Below are positions 18,755 through 29,229 of a stretch of 64,000 nt of DNA, in pieces. How positions within the stretch are numbered: position 1 is the first letter of the stretch; every line of letters begins with the position of its first letter. The position numbers and the translations under genes are program-made. Origin of the DNA: Candidatus Zixiibacteriota bacterium (GTDB taxonomy: Bacteria; Zixibacteria; MSB-5A5; GN15; FEB-12); NCBI GenBank assembly GCA_034003725.1, contig JAVEYB010000002.1, positions 265,392-329,391 on the forward strand, read 5' to 3'. The notes below the pieces were generated by a model. That model made no database searches, was not told where the DNA came from, and saw nothing but the letters and a program-made list of their open reading frames with translations.

Positions 18755-21301
18755 ATGAAGAAACTGGTCGCGCTCTCGGGCGTCATAGTGCTGGCAGCGG
18801 GGATTTACTGGCTTCAGTACGACCGGCCGCGTTATATCACCGATGACTATCCAATCAAGGATCATCTCAGCCAGGGCGAGCGCCCCCCGAAGCCACCGGG
18901 TAAACGGCCCGGCGACTGGTTTCACGTCCAGCGAGCCTGGCCCCATGATACCCTATCAGTCGAGAAGCAATTGGTCGCAACCGAGTTCAGCCGCCAGGCG
19001 CTCGCCGCTTTCGCGCTCAAGGCCAGTGAGTCATCCGCCTGGCAGCAGGCAGGACCGACCAATATTCCGGGGCGCATTACGGCGATTGACGTCCATCCAT
19101 CGGATCTCGCGACCGTATACGCAGGTTCAGCCGCGGGCGGCGTTTTCAAATCAACTGATTCAGGTGTGACCTGGTCGCCCATCTTCGACGATGTCGGCAG
19201 CCCGGCGATCGGCGCCATCGCTATCGATCCCAGTGATCCGGCGACTGTCTACGTCGGGACCGGTGAGGCCAACCAGGGGGCCGACAACTATCCGGGGACG
19301 GGAATATACAAGTCAATCGATGCGGGGTTGACGTGGAGCCACCTCGGCCTGACCGAATCACGCCACATCGGCAGGATCATCGTGGATCCATCCAATTCGC
19401 AGCGCATCTTCGTGGCCGCTGGCGGGCGACATTTCGGCGACGGGAACCCCGTTCGTGGCGTGTATCGCTCCGACGATGGTGGCGCCACCTGGCTACAGAA
19501 ACTCTATATTTCCGATATCACGTCGTGTATAGACATCGTCTATAATCACAACGACGGCACGGTGCTGGCCGCCATGTGGGACAAAGTGCGGTATATCGAT
19601 CAGCCTACGATTCTCGGCGGGCCGAATACGGGTGTCTATCGATCCTCCAATTTCGGAGACACTTGGGCGCCGGCGGGAGGCGGCATCCCGGGGCCCTCGG
19701 ATACGCTTGGACGTATCGGACTGACGATGGCTCAGGCTTCAAACGTCGTGTACGCCATGTTTTCGAATCGAAGCGGCGAGTTTGTCAGCCTGTGGAAAAG
19801 CGTCAACAACGGGGCCACCTGGACGCGAGTGAATGACGGCGACCTGCTTGCCGCACCGTTGAACGCTTCGTGGGCAGGTGGCTGGTATTTCGGGCAGGTA
19901 CGGGTGGCGCCGTCGGATCCAGATCTTGTATTTGCCACCGGACTTGACATCTGGCGCAGCAACGACGGAGGGGCCACGTGGTTCTGGACCTCCGGCAACA
20001 TTCACGTGGATCAGCACGCCGTGTGGATCGATCCGAACAATCCAAACCGCGTATACTCCGGCGGTGATGGCGGCGTCAATTATTCGACCTCGGCCGGTAA
20101 CAGCTGGGCGGTTCGACTCAATCAGCCGAGCACGCAGTTTTACGCCATCGAGATCGACCCAAGTGATCCCAACCGTCTCTACGGCGGAACGCAGGACAAC
20201 GGTACGCTGCGCACGCTTACCGGCAACATAGATGATTGGACCGGGATTCTGGGCGGCGACGGATTCTACGTCATCGTCGATCCGACCGACCCGGACGTGA
20301 TTTACGCCGAAGCCCAGAACGGATACCTGTATAAGTCCACCGATGGTGGTTTCAACTGGGGCTGGGCGCTTTCGTCCATCAATTACAACAATTACCGGCA
20401 CAACTGGAGTACGCCGATCGCCATGGATCCGAATGACAACCTCGTGATCTACTACGGCACCAACCATTTGTTGCGCAGCATTGACGGCGCCGGCACGTTT
20501 GTCGAGATCAGCGGCGATCTGACAAACGGTCCGCATCCGCGCGGCAACTTCGGAACCATTACAACGATTGCCGTCGCGCCGTCCAACAGCAGTGTCGTGT
20601 ACGTGGGAACGGATGACGGCAACGTCTGGGTGAGTCAGAATGTCGGCGCAGGCAATACGTGGACCAGACTCGATGCCAGTCTGCCAGACCGCTGGGTGAC
20701 ACGGGTGAATGTTGATCCGCACCACGCGAACATCGCCTACGTCACCTTTTCCGGTTTCTGGGACGGGGAACCGCAGCCGCACATATTCCGGACCGAGAAC
20801 TATGGTGCGAATTGGACCGACATCGGTACGGGGCTTCCTGACTCTCCTATCAATGACGTTATCCCTGATCCGGAAGACTCATTGACGCTCTTCATCGGTA
20901 CCGACTACGGAGTGTTTACGACAATCAACCTAGGTGCGAGCTGGGCGCCGCTCGGTACCGGGCTTCCGGTAATTCCGGTTCACGATCTGGCCTTTGACCC
21001 CGGTACTCGGCTGCTGGCGGCAGGTACCCATGGCAGGTCGATGTTCACCATCGATCTGGGCGGATGCTGCACGGGACAATCGGGTAACGTCAACGATAAT
21101 ATCGCCGGTACAGTAGATCTCTCCGACCTCATCTACCTGGTCAACGCGCTTTTCCAGGGCGGACCACTGCCACCGTGCAGTGCAGCAGCCAATGTCAACG
21201 GGGACTCGAACTGTGATATCGATTTGTCCGACCTGGTCTTCCTCGTAAACTACCTGTTTATGGGAGGCCCGGCTCCGATGCCGTGCATTGCGGGCTGCTA
21301 A
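18755..21301 (+). CDS. secreted BNR/Asp-box double beta-propeller protein (sortilin/VPS10- or GH74-like) with C-terminal double dockerin-like module
   Basis: Start at ATG 18755 (AGGGAGA SD, MKKLVALSGVIVLAAGIYWL); the ORF opens at 18659. About 11 Asp-box repeats of the S.D.G.TW type are present, such as STDSGVTWSPI, SIDAGLTWSHL and SDDGGATWLQK. The C-terminus is CCTGQSGNVNDN..VDLSDLIYLVNALFQGGPLPPC...NVNGD..CDIDLSDLVFLVNYLFMGGPAP. Confidence 0.9.
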   Translation: MKKLVALSGVIVLAAGIYWLQYDRPRYITDDYPIKDHLSQGERPPKPPGKRPGDWFHVQRAWPHDTLSVEKQLVATEFSRQALAAFALKASESSAWQQAGPTNIPGRITAIDVHPSDLATVYAGSAAGGVFKSTDSGVTWSPIFDDVGSPAIGAIAIDPSDPATVYVGTGEANQGADNYPGTGIYKSIDAGLTWSHLGLTESRHIGRIIVDPSNSQRIFVAAGGRHFGDGNPVRGVYRSDDGGATWLQKLYISDITSCIDIVYNHNDGTVLAAMWDKVRYIDQPTILGGPNTGVYRSSNFGDTWAPAGGGIPGPSDTLGRIGLTMAQASNVVYAMFSNRSGEFVSLWKSVNNGATWTRVNDGDLLAAPLNASWAGGWYFGQVRVAPSDPDLVFATGLDIWRSNDGGATWFWTSGNIHVDQHAVWIDPNNPNRVYSGGDGGVNYSTSAGNSWAVRLNQPSTQFYAIEIDPSDPNRLYGGTQDNGTLRTLTGNIDDWTGILGGDGFYVIVDPTDPDVIYAEAQNGYLYKSTDGGFNWGWALSSINYNNYRHNWSTPIAMDPNDNLVIYYGTNHLLRSIDGAGTFVEISGDLTNGPHPRGNFGTITTIAVAPSNSSVVYVGTDDGNVWVSQNVGAGNTWTRLDASLPDRWVTRVNVDPHHANIAYVTFSGFWDGEPQPHIFRTENYGANWTDIGTGLPDSPINDVIPDPEDSLTLFIGTDYGVFTTINLGASWAPLGTGLPVIPVHDLAFDPGTRLLAAGTHGRSMFTIDLGGCCTGQSGNVNDNIAGTVDLSDLIYLVNALFQGGPLPPCSAAANVNGDSNCDIDLSDLVFLVNYLFMGGPAPMPCIAGC
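21065..21298 (+). other. CC-framed double dockerin-like C-terminal module, copy 1
   Basis: It has the same architecture as 31203..31439 and 52874..53092. There is also DNA-level similarity: gatctctccgacctcatctacctggtcaac here versus gatctctccgacctgatctacctggtgaac at about 31254. Confidence 0.6.
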
Positions 21302-21520
21302 GCCGATTTGCAGAGAGATTGGCAGGAGTCATTGTACGCGAGTGGTCGGCGGTCGCAGTCGGCCACTCTTTCTTGTTATTGCAGGATGGTCGCTCGGGGC
21401 TCTCCGTCGGTGAACGGCGTCAGTTCGGCAAGTCGCCGATCACCCAACTGAGATTCCATACTGCCTCAGGTTGCACTGAGCTGCCGCCGAACCTGACGGC
21501 CCGGCGGCTCTTTGAATCTA

Positions 21521-22879
21521 CTATTTCGCCATGGTCAGGTCCTGCCGGTCGAGCTTGAGTTTCTCGAAGCTGTCGGCGGAGATGACATAGTACCAGTCAG
21601 CGAACCGGTTGTTCAGGTCTTCGGAGAGCCTGCGCCCTCGCTCCACCCGGCTTTTCCACCGGTCATGTTCGGTCGATAGCTCTTTGTTGCGACGATCATC
21701 GTCACTCAGCAGCGAGTCGGGTTTGGTGCGGAACTCTTCGTTGGCCGGCCGGGGCGGCTCGTCGAACGCCTTTGTATCGAAAGTGGTCGTTACAAAAAGA
21801 TAGCGGCTCTCCTGCCCGTTCCCGGACGACTCCTCTGCGCCGTCCACACCGGCCGAAAGCGCGTCACCGGCGCCGAACAGGACTTCCCCGAACCGGAGCG
21901 TGTACGCTACACCGTCGTCGGTGAGCACCTTGAGCTCTCCCTCGTTTGAAAGTAACTGGCCATCCTGTCCGAGATAAAACCCCTTGCTCTGCAAAGACAG
22001 CACGTCGGCTTGTGAGATCGGCTCAGACGAAGAGGCCGTCAACGAACGAGACAGCCCTACCGGTTTGGGGCGCACCCCGACAATTGCGAGGCTGTCGAGC
22101 GCACCGAGCAGTCGATCGACGGCGATCGTATCGAGCGCGCGGCCGCTTGCGAGGTTATTGATTTTCCAGGCGCCGATATCGGTCCGCTCCAGCGTGATAC
22201 GATCTCGTTCCTCCACTCGCCGGGTCCGCTCATTAATCGAATAGTCATTGATCTCAACGCGGTTGACTTTGCCCCGCGTGACTTCCAGTAGATCGGTCTT
22301 AATCCAATCGCTGAAGCGGCCGCTCAAGTCGACATCGGCACGAACGGCATACACCCGTTTCTGGTCCGGCTGCCGCACGAACTTCATTCCGGCCCGTCCG
22401 GGAACATCGCGACCGAAAATGAGATCGGCGAGGACCACGTCGTTCTGCCCGCGCACCGTGACGCGGGTTCCCCGGCCGTTGATCGACGGGCTGCTCTCAT
22501 CGAGCGGATCTATCACCCCCAGCGTATCAAAATCGGCCGGCGAGTCGGTGCGGAAGTCGTCTTTCTTGAGTTCGATTATCCCCGCCGCGGTCCTGGCAAG
22601 CCGGTCGCGCGCGTCGGCCGGATAGTCGTGGTGGGATGGAATGGTCCATCGTCCATCCTTGAAATGCACTTTGAAAGGCCGCGCCGTGCCGGTTTCCTTG
22701 TCGAAGCTCACAATCTCAAGGCTCTGGGCCGCGTTCGGATCCGTGAAGTCGGCGAAGAATGGCTCGCCCTGATCCATGAAGGCCTCGGGAGTAATGCGTG
22801 ACGGCGATGCGATCCAGGCTATAACAGCCAACACGACCGCTACCGCAGCGTAGATGACGGTTTTCCGGGTCTGGTCCAT
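21521..22879 (-). CDS. DUF4340-like protein, accessory to the GldG-type ABC system
   Basis: 452 aa with an N-terminal anchor VIYAAVAVVLAVIAWI. It lies directly downstream of the permease/GldG gene, the usual partner position for DUF4340. Confidence 0.78.
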   Translation of the reverse strand: MDQTRKTVIYAAVAVVLAVIAWIASPSRITPEAFMDQGEPFFADFTDPNAAQSLEIVSFDKETGTARPFKVHFKDGRWTIPSHHDYPADARDRLARTAAGIIELKKDDFRTDSPADFDTLGVIDPLDESSPSINGRGTRVTVRGQNDVVLADLIFGRDVPGRAGMKFVRQPDQKRVYAVRADVDLSGRFSDWIKTDLLEVTRGKVNRVEINDYSINERTRRVEERDRITLERTDIGAWKINNLASGRALDTIAVDRLLGALDSLAIVGVRPKPVGLSRSLTASSSEPISQADVLSLQSKGFYLGQDGQLLSNEGELKVLTDDGVAYTLRFGEVLFGAGDALSAGVDGAEESSGNGQESRYLFVTTTFDTKAFDEPPRPANEEFRTKPDSLLSDDDRRNKELSTEHDRWKSRVERGRRLSEDLNNRFADWYYVISADSFEKLKLDRQDLTMAK

Positions 22880-22882
22880 TGC

Positions 22883-25552
22883 CTAACTCCTCATCCTTCG
22901 CGCCGTCCGCGCTCCTTCAATCTCCCGGCGGCGACGGCGAATGAAGATCACCGTTCCGAGTACCAGCGCGGGAATCGGCGGCAGCAGGACCGCGAGTGTC
23001 TTTATCCTGCTTTGGATGGCGCGAATCGATGCTTCCATCTGCTCTTTGCTGGCTAATACTTGCGCCTCTTTAGTCGCTTCGATGCCGGCTTTGACCGTCT
23101 CGAATCTGCGGTTTTCCACTTCCTGCAGGTTTCGCATCATGATTTGCTTGGTCTGGTCATCGAGATCCGAACGCGTCTGAACTTCAGCAACCCGCTCGTT
23201 GAGTCGCTGCTGCGCCTCATTAAGGGCCTGCTGGGCCTCTCGTTCGGCCTGTTGTTCTTCATCCAGACGGCGCTGGACAAACCCACGCGTTTGGTCTTCG
23301 ACCGCGGTCAAAGTACGATGCACCACTCGTTTCTTGCGCAATTCGATATAGGATGAATCCCCGACGAGTACGTCCATGCAGTTCAGCACAAAGGGGATGT
23401 TGTCGAAATTGAGCGCCGCAATGCCCTGTTGACGCAACATGAAAAACTGCTCGCCGATCAGGTCGGTATCGGCGATCACGATCGCATTGACTTTTTTGGG
23501 TGATGATGCCCCAGTTGTGTCGGACGACGGGAGTGTCCCACGGATCTGCGCAGCCAGGATGTACGATTCTCCGGCTGCCGTGCGCCGGACGTTTCGATTG
23601 AGCTGCATCCCGAAAAAGCCCCGCTGCACGAGCTGAGTGAAGTGTGATTTGCCGGAAATCCTCCCCGAACGGAGCAGCGGCGTAAACTCGAGCGGCGAGT
23701 CGATGGCATTGAACAAATACCCAGGAAATATCAGCACTACCTCCTGAAGTCCTGACGTCGCGGCGGTTTGCGTACTGAACGCTTCGCCGCTCTGATTGCC
23801 CTCGCCGACGAATACAATCTCCGGCTGGGCCTGGGACAGTTCCGGGTGCGGATTGTAATTGTCCCAGACGATTTCCGCCGGGTTCCACTTGACGCCAATC
23901 GTCGTGAGGAGGCTGTCCACATCGCCTTTCGGCTCCGGCGGCGGTCCTTGATTTTGCTGGAACGGGTTTCTCTGGGCATCCGCAGGCAGGACAGGTGACA
24001 TCGCGATATCGGACATCGGCATCGGGTCCACCAACAACAGCACCGGGTGACCTTCCAGAGTGTACGCCAGCAGGTTGTCCATTTGCTTTTGAGACAGCGA
24101 GGACGGCAGGATCACCAGGAGTCCATCGAGCTGTTCGGTAATCGGCGCATCGGCTGAAATCTGCACGACCTCGTATTGCTTGCGAAGTTCTTCGACGATC
24201 GACCATGCCGGTTTGTTCTGCATGGTCTGGAAGTCGAAGCCGCCGAAGACATCGACACCGGTGCGAAGGACGCCGACTTTCTTCCGTGCGGTCTGCGCGA
24301 CGGTGCGAATGGAGCGAGTGAGTTCGTATTCTACCGGCAGACCACGGTCGAAGAACGGGATTACCTCCTCGCCTGCGCCGCTGGTGAAAGCTATCCCGGC
24401 AAACACCATCTGTGTGCTTGTGCGGCTGCCGACGTCGACAACCATGTCTCTCGGCACGATACCGAACTTTTCCCGGGCGTCGCGAGCGGCATCGGAATAC
24501 GGCTCCGTATCATGTATAAGGACCTGCACCCTGCCCGCGCCGATCGCGCCGATCTCCTGCAGCATTGCAAGCAGGTTTGCCCGCGTTTCGACGTACGCCT
24601 GGGGCACGTCGGGCGAAATGAATGCCTGGATCAGGACCGGCCGGTCACCGGGTATCTCGTCGAGCAACTCCTCCGTCTGATCGGACAGCGAGTGCAGTCC
24701 CTCCGCTGTTACATCCAGGCGAGGACTGATCCGGTCGAGGATCACGTTGATGCTCACGACCGCCACGACGACAGCAATCGCTCGAATCAACTGGTGTCGC
24801 CAGTAACCGGCACCGCCGTTCTGCTGGGGCCAGTGGCGGCGACCCAACAGCAATACGTTGAAGTAGAGCATCACGCCGGCAAGCGATACGAAGTACAGGA
24901 CGCTCGACAGGGAGATCACGCCCCGTGCGAAGTCGCCGAAGTAGTCGAAGATGCCCATTGGCGCCAGCCGCTGCTGCAACCACTCGTTGACGACCCACTG
25001 GCGGGAGGTGACGAAAATGAGAAATGAACACAGCGCCGCGCCGAGCACGAAGGCGACGGTCGAGTTTCGCGTCAGCAACGACGCCACCATACCGACCGCG
25101 ATCAAAGCGCAGCCCAGCAGCCAGTATCCGACGTAGTTGCCCACCATCAAACCGAGATCCGGCGACCCCAGCCATCCCAGAACAAACACATGGCTTGCCG
25201 ACAGCAATAACGATCCGGTATACACGCCGACCACCGCGAGATACTTTCCGAGAACGACTTCAAGATCGGTTCCCGGAAGAGTCAAGAGCAGTTCGTCGGT
25301 GCCCCGTTTGCGTTCTTCGGCCCAGACGCCCATGGTGAGCGCGGGTATGAAAAACAGGAGAATATACGGGAAGTAGCTGTTGAGCTGGTCGAGGTTGGCC
25401 AGGTTGTTGGCAAAGAATCGTTCCTGCCAGAATGCCGCTGCGGCGCTGAGGAAGATAAACAGGGTGAGAAAGACATACCCGGTCGGGCTGCTGAACCAAC
25501 TGCGGAAATCGCGCCTGGCGACGGCGAGAACGAACTGGCGATTGATACTCAT
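22883..25552 (-). CDS. ABC-2 permease (GldF-like) fused to GldG-like periplasmic domain, with coiled-coil and C-terminal TM anchor
   Basis: 889 aa. The N-terminal ~250 aa are a polytopic ABC-2 permease ([28 protein letters not shown]...). This is followed by a GldG-like soluble domain, a Gln/Glu-rich coiled coil ([22 protein letters not shown]) and a terminal TM helix. The ATG overlaps the ATPase stop (ATGA). Confidence 0.85.
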   Translation of the reverse strand: MSINRQFVLAVARRDFRSWFSSPTGYVFLTLFIFLSAAAAFWQERFFANNLANLDQLNSYFPYILLFFIPALTMGVWAEERKRGTDELLLTLPGTDLEVVLGKYLAVVGVYTGSLLLSASHVFVLGWLGSPDLGLMVGNYVGYWLLGCALIAVGMVASLLTRNSTVAFVLGAALCSFLIFVTSRQWVVNEWLQQRLAPMGIFDYFGDFARGVISLSSVLYFVSLAGVMLYFNVLLLGRRHWPQQNGGAGYWRHQLIRAIAVVVAVVSINVILDRISPRLDVTAEGLHSLSDQTEELLDEIPGDRPVLIQAFISPDVPQAYVETRANLLAMLQEIGAIGAGRVQVLIHDTEPYSDAARDAREKFGIVPRDMVVDVGSRTSTQMVFAGIAFTSGAGEEVIPFFDRGLPVEYELTRSIRTVAQTARKKVGVLRTGVDVFGGFDFQTMQNKPAWSIVEELRKQYEVVQISADAPITEQLDGLLVILPSSLSQKQMDNLLAYTLEGHPVLLLVDPMPMSDIAMSPVLPADAQRNPFQQNQGPPPEPKGDVDSLLTTIGVKWNPAEIVWDNYNPHPELSQAQPEIVFVGEGNQSGEAFSTQTAATSGLQEVVLIFPGYLFNAIDSPLEFTPLLRSGRISGKSHFTQLVQRGFFGMQLNRNVRRTAAGESYILAAQIRGTLPSSDTTGASSPKKVNAIVIADTDLIGEQFFMLRQQGIAALNFDNIPFVLNCMDVLVGDSSYIELRKKRVVHRTLTAVEDQTRGFVQRRLDEEQQAEREAQQALNEAQQRLNERVAEVQTRSDLDDQTKQIMMRNLQEVENRRFETVKAGIEATKEAQVLASKEQMEASIRAIQSRIKTLAVLLPPIPALVLGTVIFIRRRRREIEGARTARRMRS

Positions 25553-26319
25553 GCCGCACCCCCCTCTTCCGCGACGCTTCCCGGGGCCCGGCCGTAATCG
25601 GTCATGCGATAGAAGGTCTCTTCGAGCGAGCCGGATGATCTCAACTGGTCCGGGCTGCCGTCGAACTTCAGTCGTCCGTTGTGTACCAGCAGCACTCTGT
25701 CCGCGACCGCATCGACCTCCTGCAGGATGTGCGTCGAGATCAGAATCGTTTTGTCCCGTCCGAGCTCGCGAATATCGCGCCGGAAATCGCGGATCTGGTT
25801 GGGGTCAAGCCCCGCGGTCGGCTCATCCATAATCAGCACGGCCGGGTCGTGCAGCAGGGCCTGGGCAAGCCCCGCCCGCTGTCGGTATCCGCGGGAGAGC
25901 TTGCCAATCGGTTTGTCGAAGACCAGATCAAGCGCGCACTGTCCAGCGACTTTTTGGATCCGGTCCTCGAGCGGCGCCCCGGTCAGCCCACGCGCCTCTC
26001 CGAAGAAGGCGAGCAACTCGCGCGGCGTCATGTCGTCGTACAACGGACCGTTCTCGGGCAAATAGCCGATAGTGCGGGCCGCGGCAAGACGGTCCGTCCG
26101 CACATCCCGCCCGGCTATCCGCACTGCCCCGCTGCTGGGGGCAAGATAGCCGGTCAGGATTTTCATGGTTGTGGTTTTGCCGGCGCCATTGGGGCCGAGA
26201 AAGGCGACTACCTGCCCGCGCGGAATCGAGAACGAAATATCCTCAATCGCGACAAAAGAGCCGTAGTACTTGCACAGCGATTGTGCCTCAATCATCACCT
26301 CGTAATCTTCGTGGCTCAC
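25549..26319 (-). CDS. ABC transporter ATP-binding protein (GldA-like)
   Basis: 256 aa with Walker [10 protein letters not shown], signature LSRGYRQR and Walker [15 protein letters not shown] start with a CGAGGT SD. Confidence 0.93.
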   Translation of the reverse strand: MSHEDYEVMIEAQSLCKYYGSFVAIEDISFSIPRGQVVAFLGPNGAGKTTTMKILTGYLAPSSGAVRIAGRDVRTDRLAAARTIGYLPENGPLYDDMTPRELLAFFGEARGLTGAPLEDRIQKVAGQCALDLVFDKPIGKLSRGYRQRAGLAQALLHDPAVLIMDEPTAGLDPNQIRDFRRDIRELGRDKTILISTHILQEVDAVADRVLLVHNGRLKFDGSPDQLRSSGSLEETFYRMTDYGRAPGSVAEEGGAA

Positions 26320-26478
26320 AGCGTACCTCGAATGTTTGTTCGCCCCCGCAACCTTCCGGCCTCGGCGGCCTCTGTTTCTGCCATGATATTACGGTAAATG
26401 TGGAACGGGTCGAACATATGCCCGCAGGACTCGCTTGTCAAGCGGGTTGCCCGAACTCACGTACAGCAGATTATAGTG

Positions 26479-28866
26479 CTAATGGGCGCGAGGAGTTCCC
26501 GAGGCCGGCGCGGCAGAATCCGTGAGCCGCCGGACGAATACAATCGAGCAGCCGACCAGTATCAGAATCGCGCCCGCCCATACGAGGTTGATGAGCGGCT
26601 TGCGGGACACATCAAGAACCAGCCGTTCCGGCTCGCCGGACTCCAGCAGCCCCGGGACATCGAGTACGATTTCGCCGCGATCGACCTGCAACCCGGCGAT
26701 CGTCACCAGAATCGTATCACCGCCGGCGGTCTGCAGCAGTCCCGGCTCATCGACGAGATGGTTGTGACCGGCATCGTCGATTCGCTGGATGACGGCCGGG
26801 GCGATGGTATCGATTCGCTCACCCTGCCTTACTTCAACCAGCGTGGTGGCGCGTAGCCCCATGGAGGCCTGCGCCGAGTGATCGGAAACGGAGAACCCCA
26901 AAAATGTGAATGTGAACTCGGCCACGGTCTTCGGTTCGTCTCTGGTGAGTGTCAGACCGGCGGCGCGACTAGCTTCGAGAATCTGCTCCGGCGCCATGTA
27001 GAGATCCTCGAGCGTCGTACGCACGATCGCGGGCTTCTTGAACAGCCCGTCCATACGACGAGAATAGTAGAGCTCCGGGCTGAGCTGCTGCGTACGCTGT
27101 TGATCGGTCATCGTCAGGATCAGACGATTGTGGGGTTCCATGACGTCGCCCTCCATCCCGCCGTAGGTGATGGAGACATCGAACGCCTGGCGCGCCTCGT
27201 TGAGCGGGATAATGACTTTCTCACTGGTGCTGAACGCCGATGACGCAAGGATCCCGATCAGCATTATCGTGAAGCCGGTGTGCGCAATATGTCCACCCGT
27301 ACTCCGCCAGTTTCGAATGATTCTTGGCGCCACGATAACAAGGTTCGAGGCAACCCCCATCGCGGCCGTCGCGATAAAGAGGATGTAAAGGGGCTCCGTC
27401 ACGCCGGTCAGGGCCATTGCAAGGACGGCGACAGCCAGCGCCGTGAGCGCCGGGATCAACTTGCCCGCGCCGACCGGCGCGGCAAGGTAGGTGGCGATGC
27501 CGCCAAGCACAATCGTGACAAGCACGGCCACGGTCAACCCCGCACCGAGTACCGCGTAGAAAAGGCCGAAACCCACCACGGCGCCGACCGCGAAACCGAT
27601 ACCGATCGATCGTGGCCGAGCCGGTATTGTCTCGGCAACGAAAGTCGAAAACGGCGAATACATCAGGATAAGCGAGAACAGGATGGCAAACGGAAGAGCG
27701 AAATTGTTGTACGTAGCGATTTCCGCCGCCCGTGGCTCCATGCCCACAAGCGAGGTGAGTACCGGCAGGGAGCTCCAGAAGAGTACCACCGCACCGGTCG
27801 CGAACAGCAACGACATGGCCGCAAACAGCGAAAACTCCCGGCCGTGCGGGTTGTAGTTCAGTGGGTGACTGGGAATGCCGCCCACACGCCAGAGAAACAC
27901 GGTCACGGTCAGCACAAAAAAGAGGGCCATGAATCCGACCAGGTAGACATTAACTCCCAGGTCGACAAAACTGTGGACGGAGAAGTCCGACAACACGCCG
28001 CTGCGGGTGAGAAAGGTTCCGTAGACAACCAGCAGAAACAGCAGCGCCGCCATTAGCAGGTTGACCCGCCGCAGCGCACCCGTTCGCCGTTCAATAATGA
28101 GACCGTGCAGGAGAGCCAGCGAGATCATCCAGGGCACGAACGAGGAGTTTTCCACCGGGTCCCAGCCCCAGTATCCTCCCCACCCGAGCGTCTTATAAGC
28201 CCAGAACCCGCCCAGGATATTGCCCGCGCCGAGCATCACGGCCGTCAGCGCAACCCATGGGAAAGCCAGCCGCAACCAATCGGAAAAGTCGTTTCGCACG
28301 AGCGCCGCGATCGCCAGAGTAAACGGTATGGCCGCGAGCGCGTATCCCACAAACATAATCGGTGGATGCACGACCATCCACGGGTCACGGAGCAGGGGGT
28401 TGAGACCGGCCCCATCCGGCGCATAAAACGACAAATAGGCAAACGGCGAGAGCTTTGTCATGATCAATAGAAAGAAAAGATTGATCAGGCAATAGACAGC
28501 CATCGCCGGTCCAGCGTAGCGACCACCCCGCCGGATGATGACGTAACCGAACAACGCGAGCAACAACAACCAGAGCAGATACGTGCCTTCCTGGCCCCCC
28601 CAGAATGCGGACAGGACATATAAAAACGGCTGCGCTCGTTCCGAGTACTCGAAGACATATTTGAATGCGTAATTGTGAGAGAAAAACAGGTAGTACAAGA
28701 GGGCGCTTGCAAGGACGGCCGATGCAGTGAACACGTGATAGGATCGAATCGCCAGGGATTCCCAGGACTGTCGCCCCCGGCCGAGCAGCCAGAAGCTGAT
28801 ACCGCACACTATATTCATGGCCACACCGACCAAAATCAGCAAATCACCGATGGCCTGTAGCGACAT
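26479..28866 (-). CDS. ccmF: cytochrome c-type biogenesis protein CcmF (heme lyase family)
   Basis: About 795 aa, polytopic. It has the WWD-type motif WGGYWGWDPVENSSFVPW and a CcmF-type C-terminal periplasmic extension. Start taken at ATG 28866 (GGAG SD); the ORF opens at 28986. Confidence 0.87.
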   Translation of the reverse strand: MSLQAIGDLLILVGVAMNIVCGISFWLLGRGRQSWESLAIRSYHVFTASAVLASALLYYLFFSHNYAFKYVFEYSERAQPFLYVLSAFWGGQEGTYLLWLLLLALFGYVIIRRGGRYAGPAMAVYCLINLFFLLIMTKLSPFAYLSFYAPDGAGLNPLLRDPWMVVHPPIMFVGYALAAIPFTLAIAALVRNDFSDWLRLAFPWVALTAVMLGAGNILGGFWAYKTLGWGGYWGWDPVENSSFVPWMISLALLHGLIIERRTGALRRVNLLMAALLFLLVVYGTFLTRSGVLSDFSVHSFVDLGVNVYLVGFMALFFVLTVTVFLWRVGGIPSHPLNYNPHGREFSLFAAMSLLFATGAVVLFWSSLPVLTSLVGMEPRAAEIATYNNFALPFAILFSLILMYSPFSTFVAETIPARPRSIGIGFAVGAVVGFGLFYAVLGAGLTVAVLVTIVLGGIATYLAAPVGAGKLIPALTALAVAVLAMALTGVTEPLYILFIATAAMGVASNLVIVAPRIIRNWRSTGGHIAHTGFTIMLIGILASSAFSTSEKVIIPLNEARQAFDVSITYGGMEGDVMEPHNRLILTMTDQQRTQQLSPELYYSRRMDGLFKKPAIVRTTLEDLYMAPEQILEASRAAGLTLTRDEPKTVAEFTFTFLGFSVSDHSAQASMGLRATTLVEVRQGERIDTIAPAVIQRIDDAGHNHLVDEPGLLQTAGGDTILVTIAGLQVDRGEIVLDVPGLLESGEPERLVLDVSRKPLINLVWAGAILILVGCSIVFVRRLTDSAAPASGTPRAH

Positions 28867-29229
28867 TTCCAACTCCTTCACTGCTGCGGCCCTTGTGATC
28901 ATCGTAACAAGCCGGCAGAGGTAACAGTATGTAACGGTCCGAAATGAAAGGCAAGTAAATAGATGTTGTATGTCCCCCCTGCGCATCGGAATGGCGATCG
29001 TTCAGGCATGACGTCGCACGATCGACACGCATCGGGGCGCGTCAACCATTTGACTTCGCGACATGCACACTCGATGCGAGTTGGCACCGCTGCCGGGCGG
29101 TGAGTCCGATCGGGGAGATAAAGAAAAAAGCAAGCTGCGGGCTCAGTTGACGAAACCGACCGTAGGCAGTATTATGTGCGGCATGTTCAAATGACCGCAT
29201 ATCCCGAGCATACGAGGAAAGGCAGCGTT

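Noticed and set aside
19739-20782. 347-aa minus-strand ORF inside the BNR-propeller gene.
   Set aside because: It is antisense to a gene with 11 recognisable Asp-box repeats, and its Arg/Val/Gly-rich composition is typical of shadow frames.
23259-25175. Several 170-315-aa ORFs (23259..24206 -, 24176..25027 +, 24645..25175 -) within the permease/GldG gene.
   Set aside because: They are off-frame or antisense to the 889-aa ORF, which has coherent TM topology and operon context.
27280-28056. 258-aa plus-strand ORF extremely rich in Arg, His, Lys, Gly and Asp.
   Set aside because: It is antisense to the hydrophobic CcmF gene. Its composition mirrors the complement of TM-helix codons.
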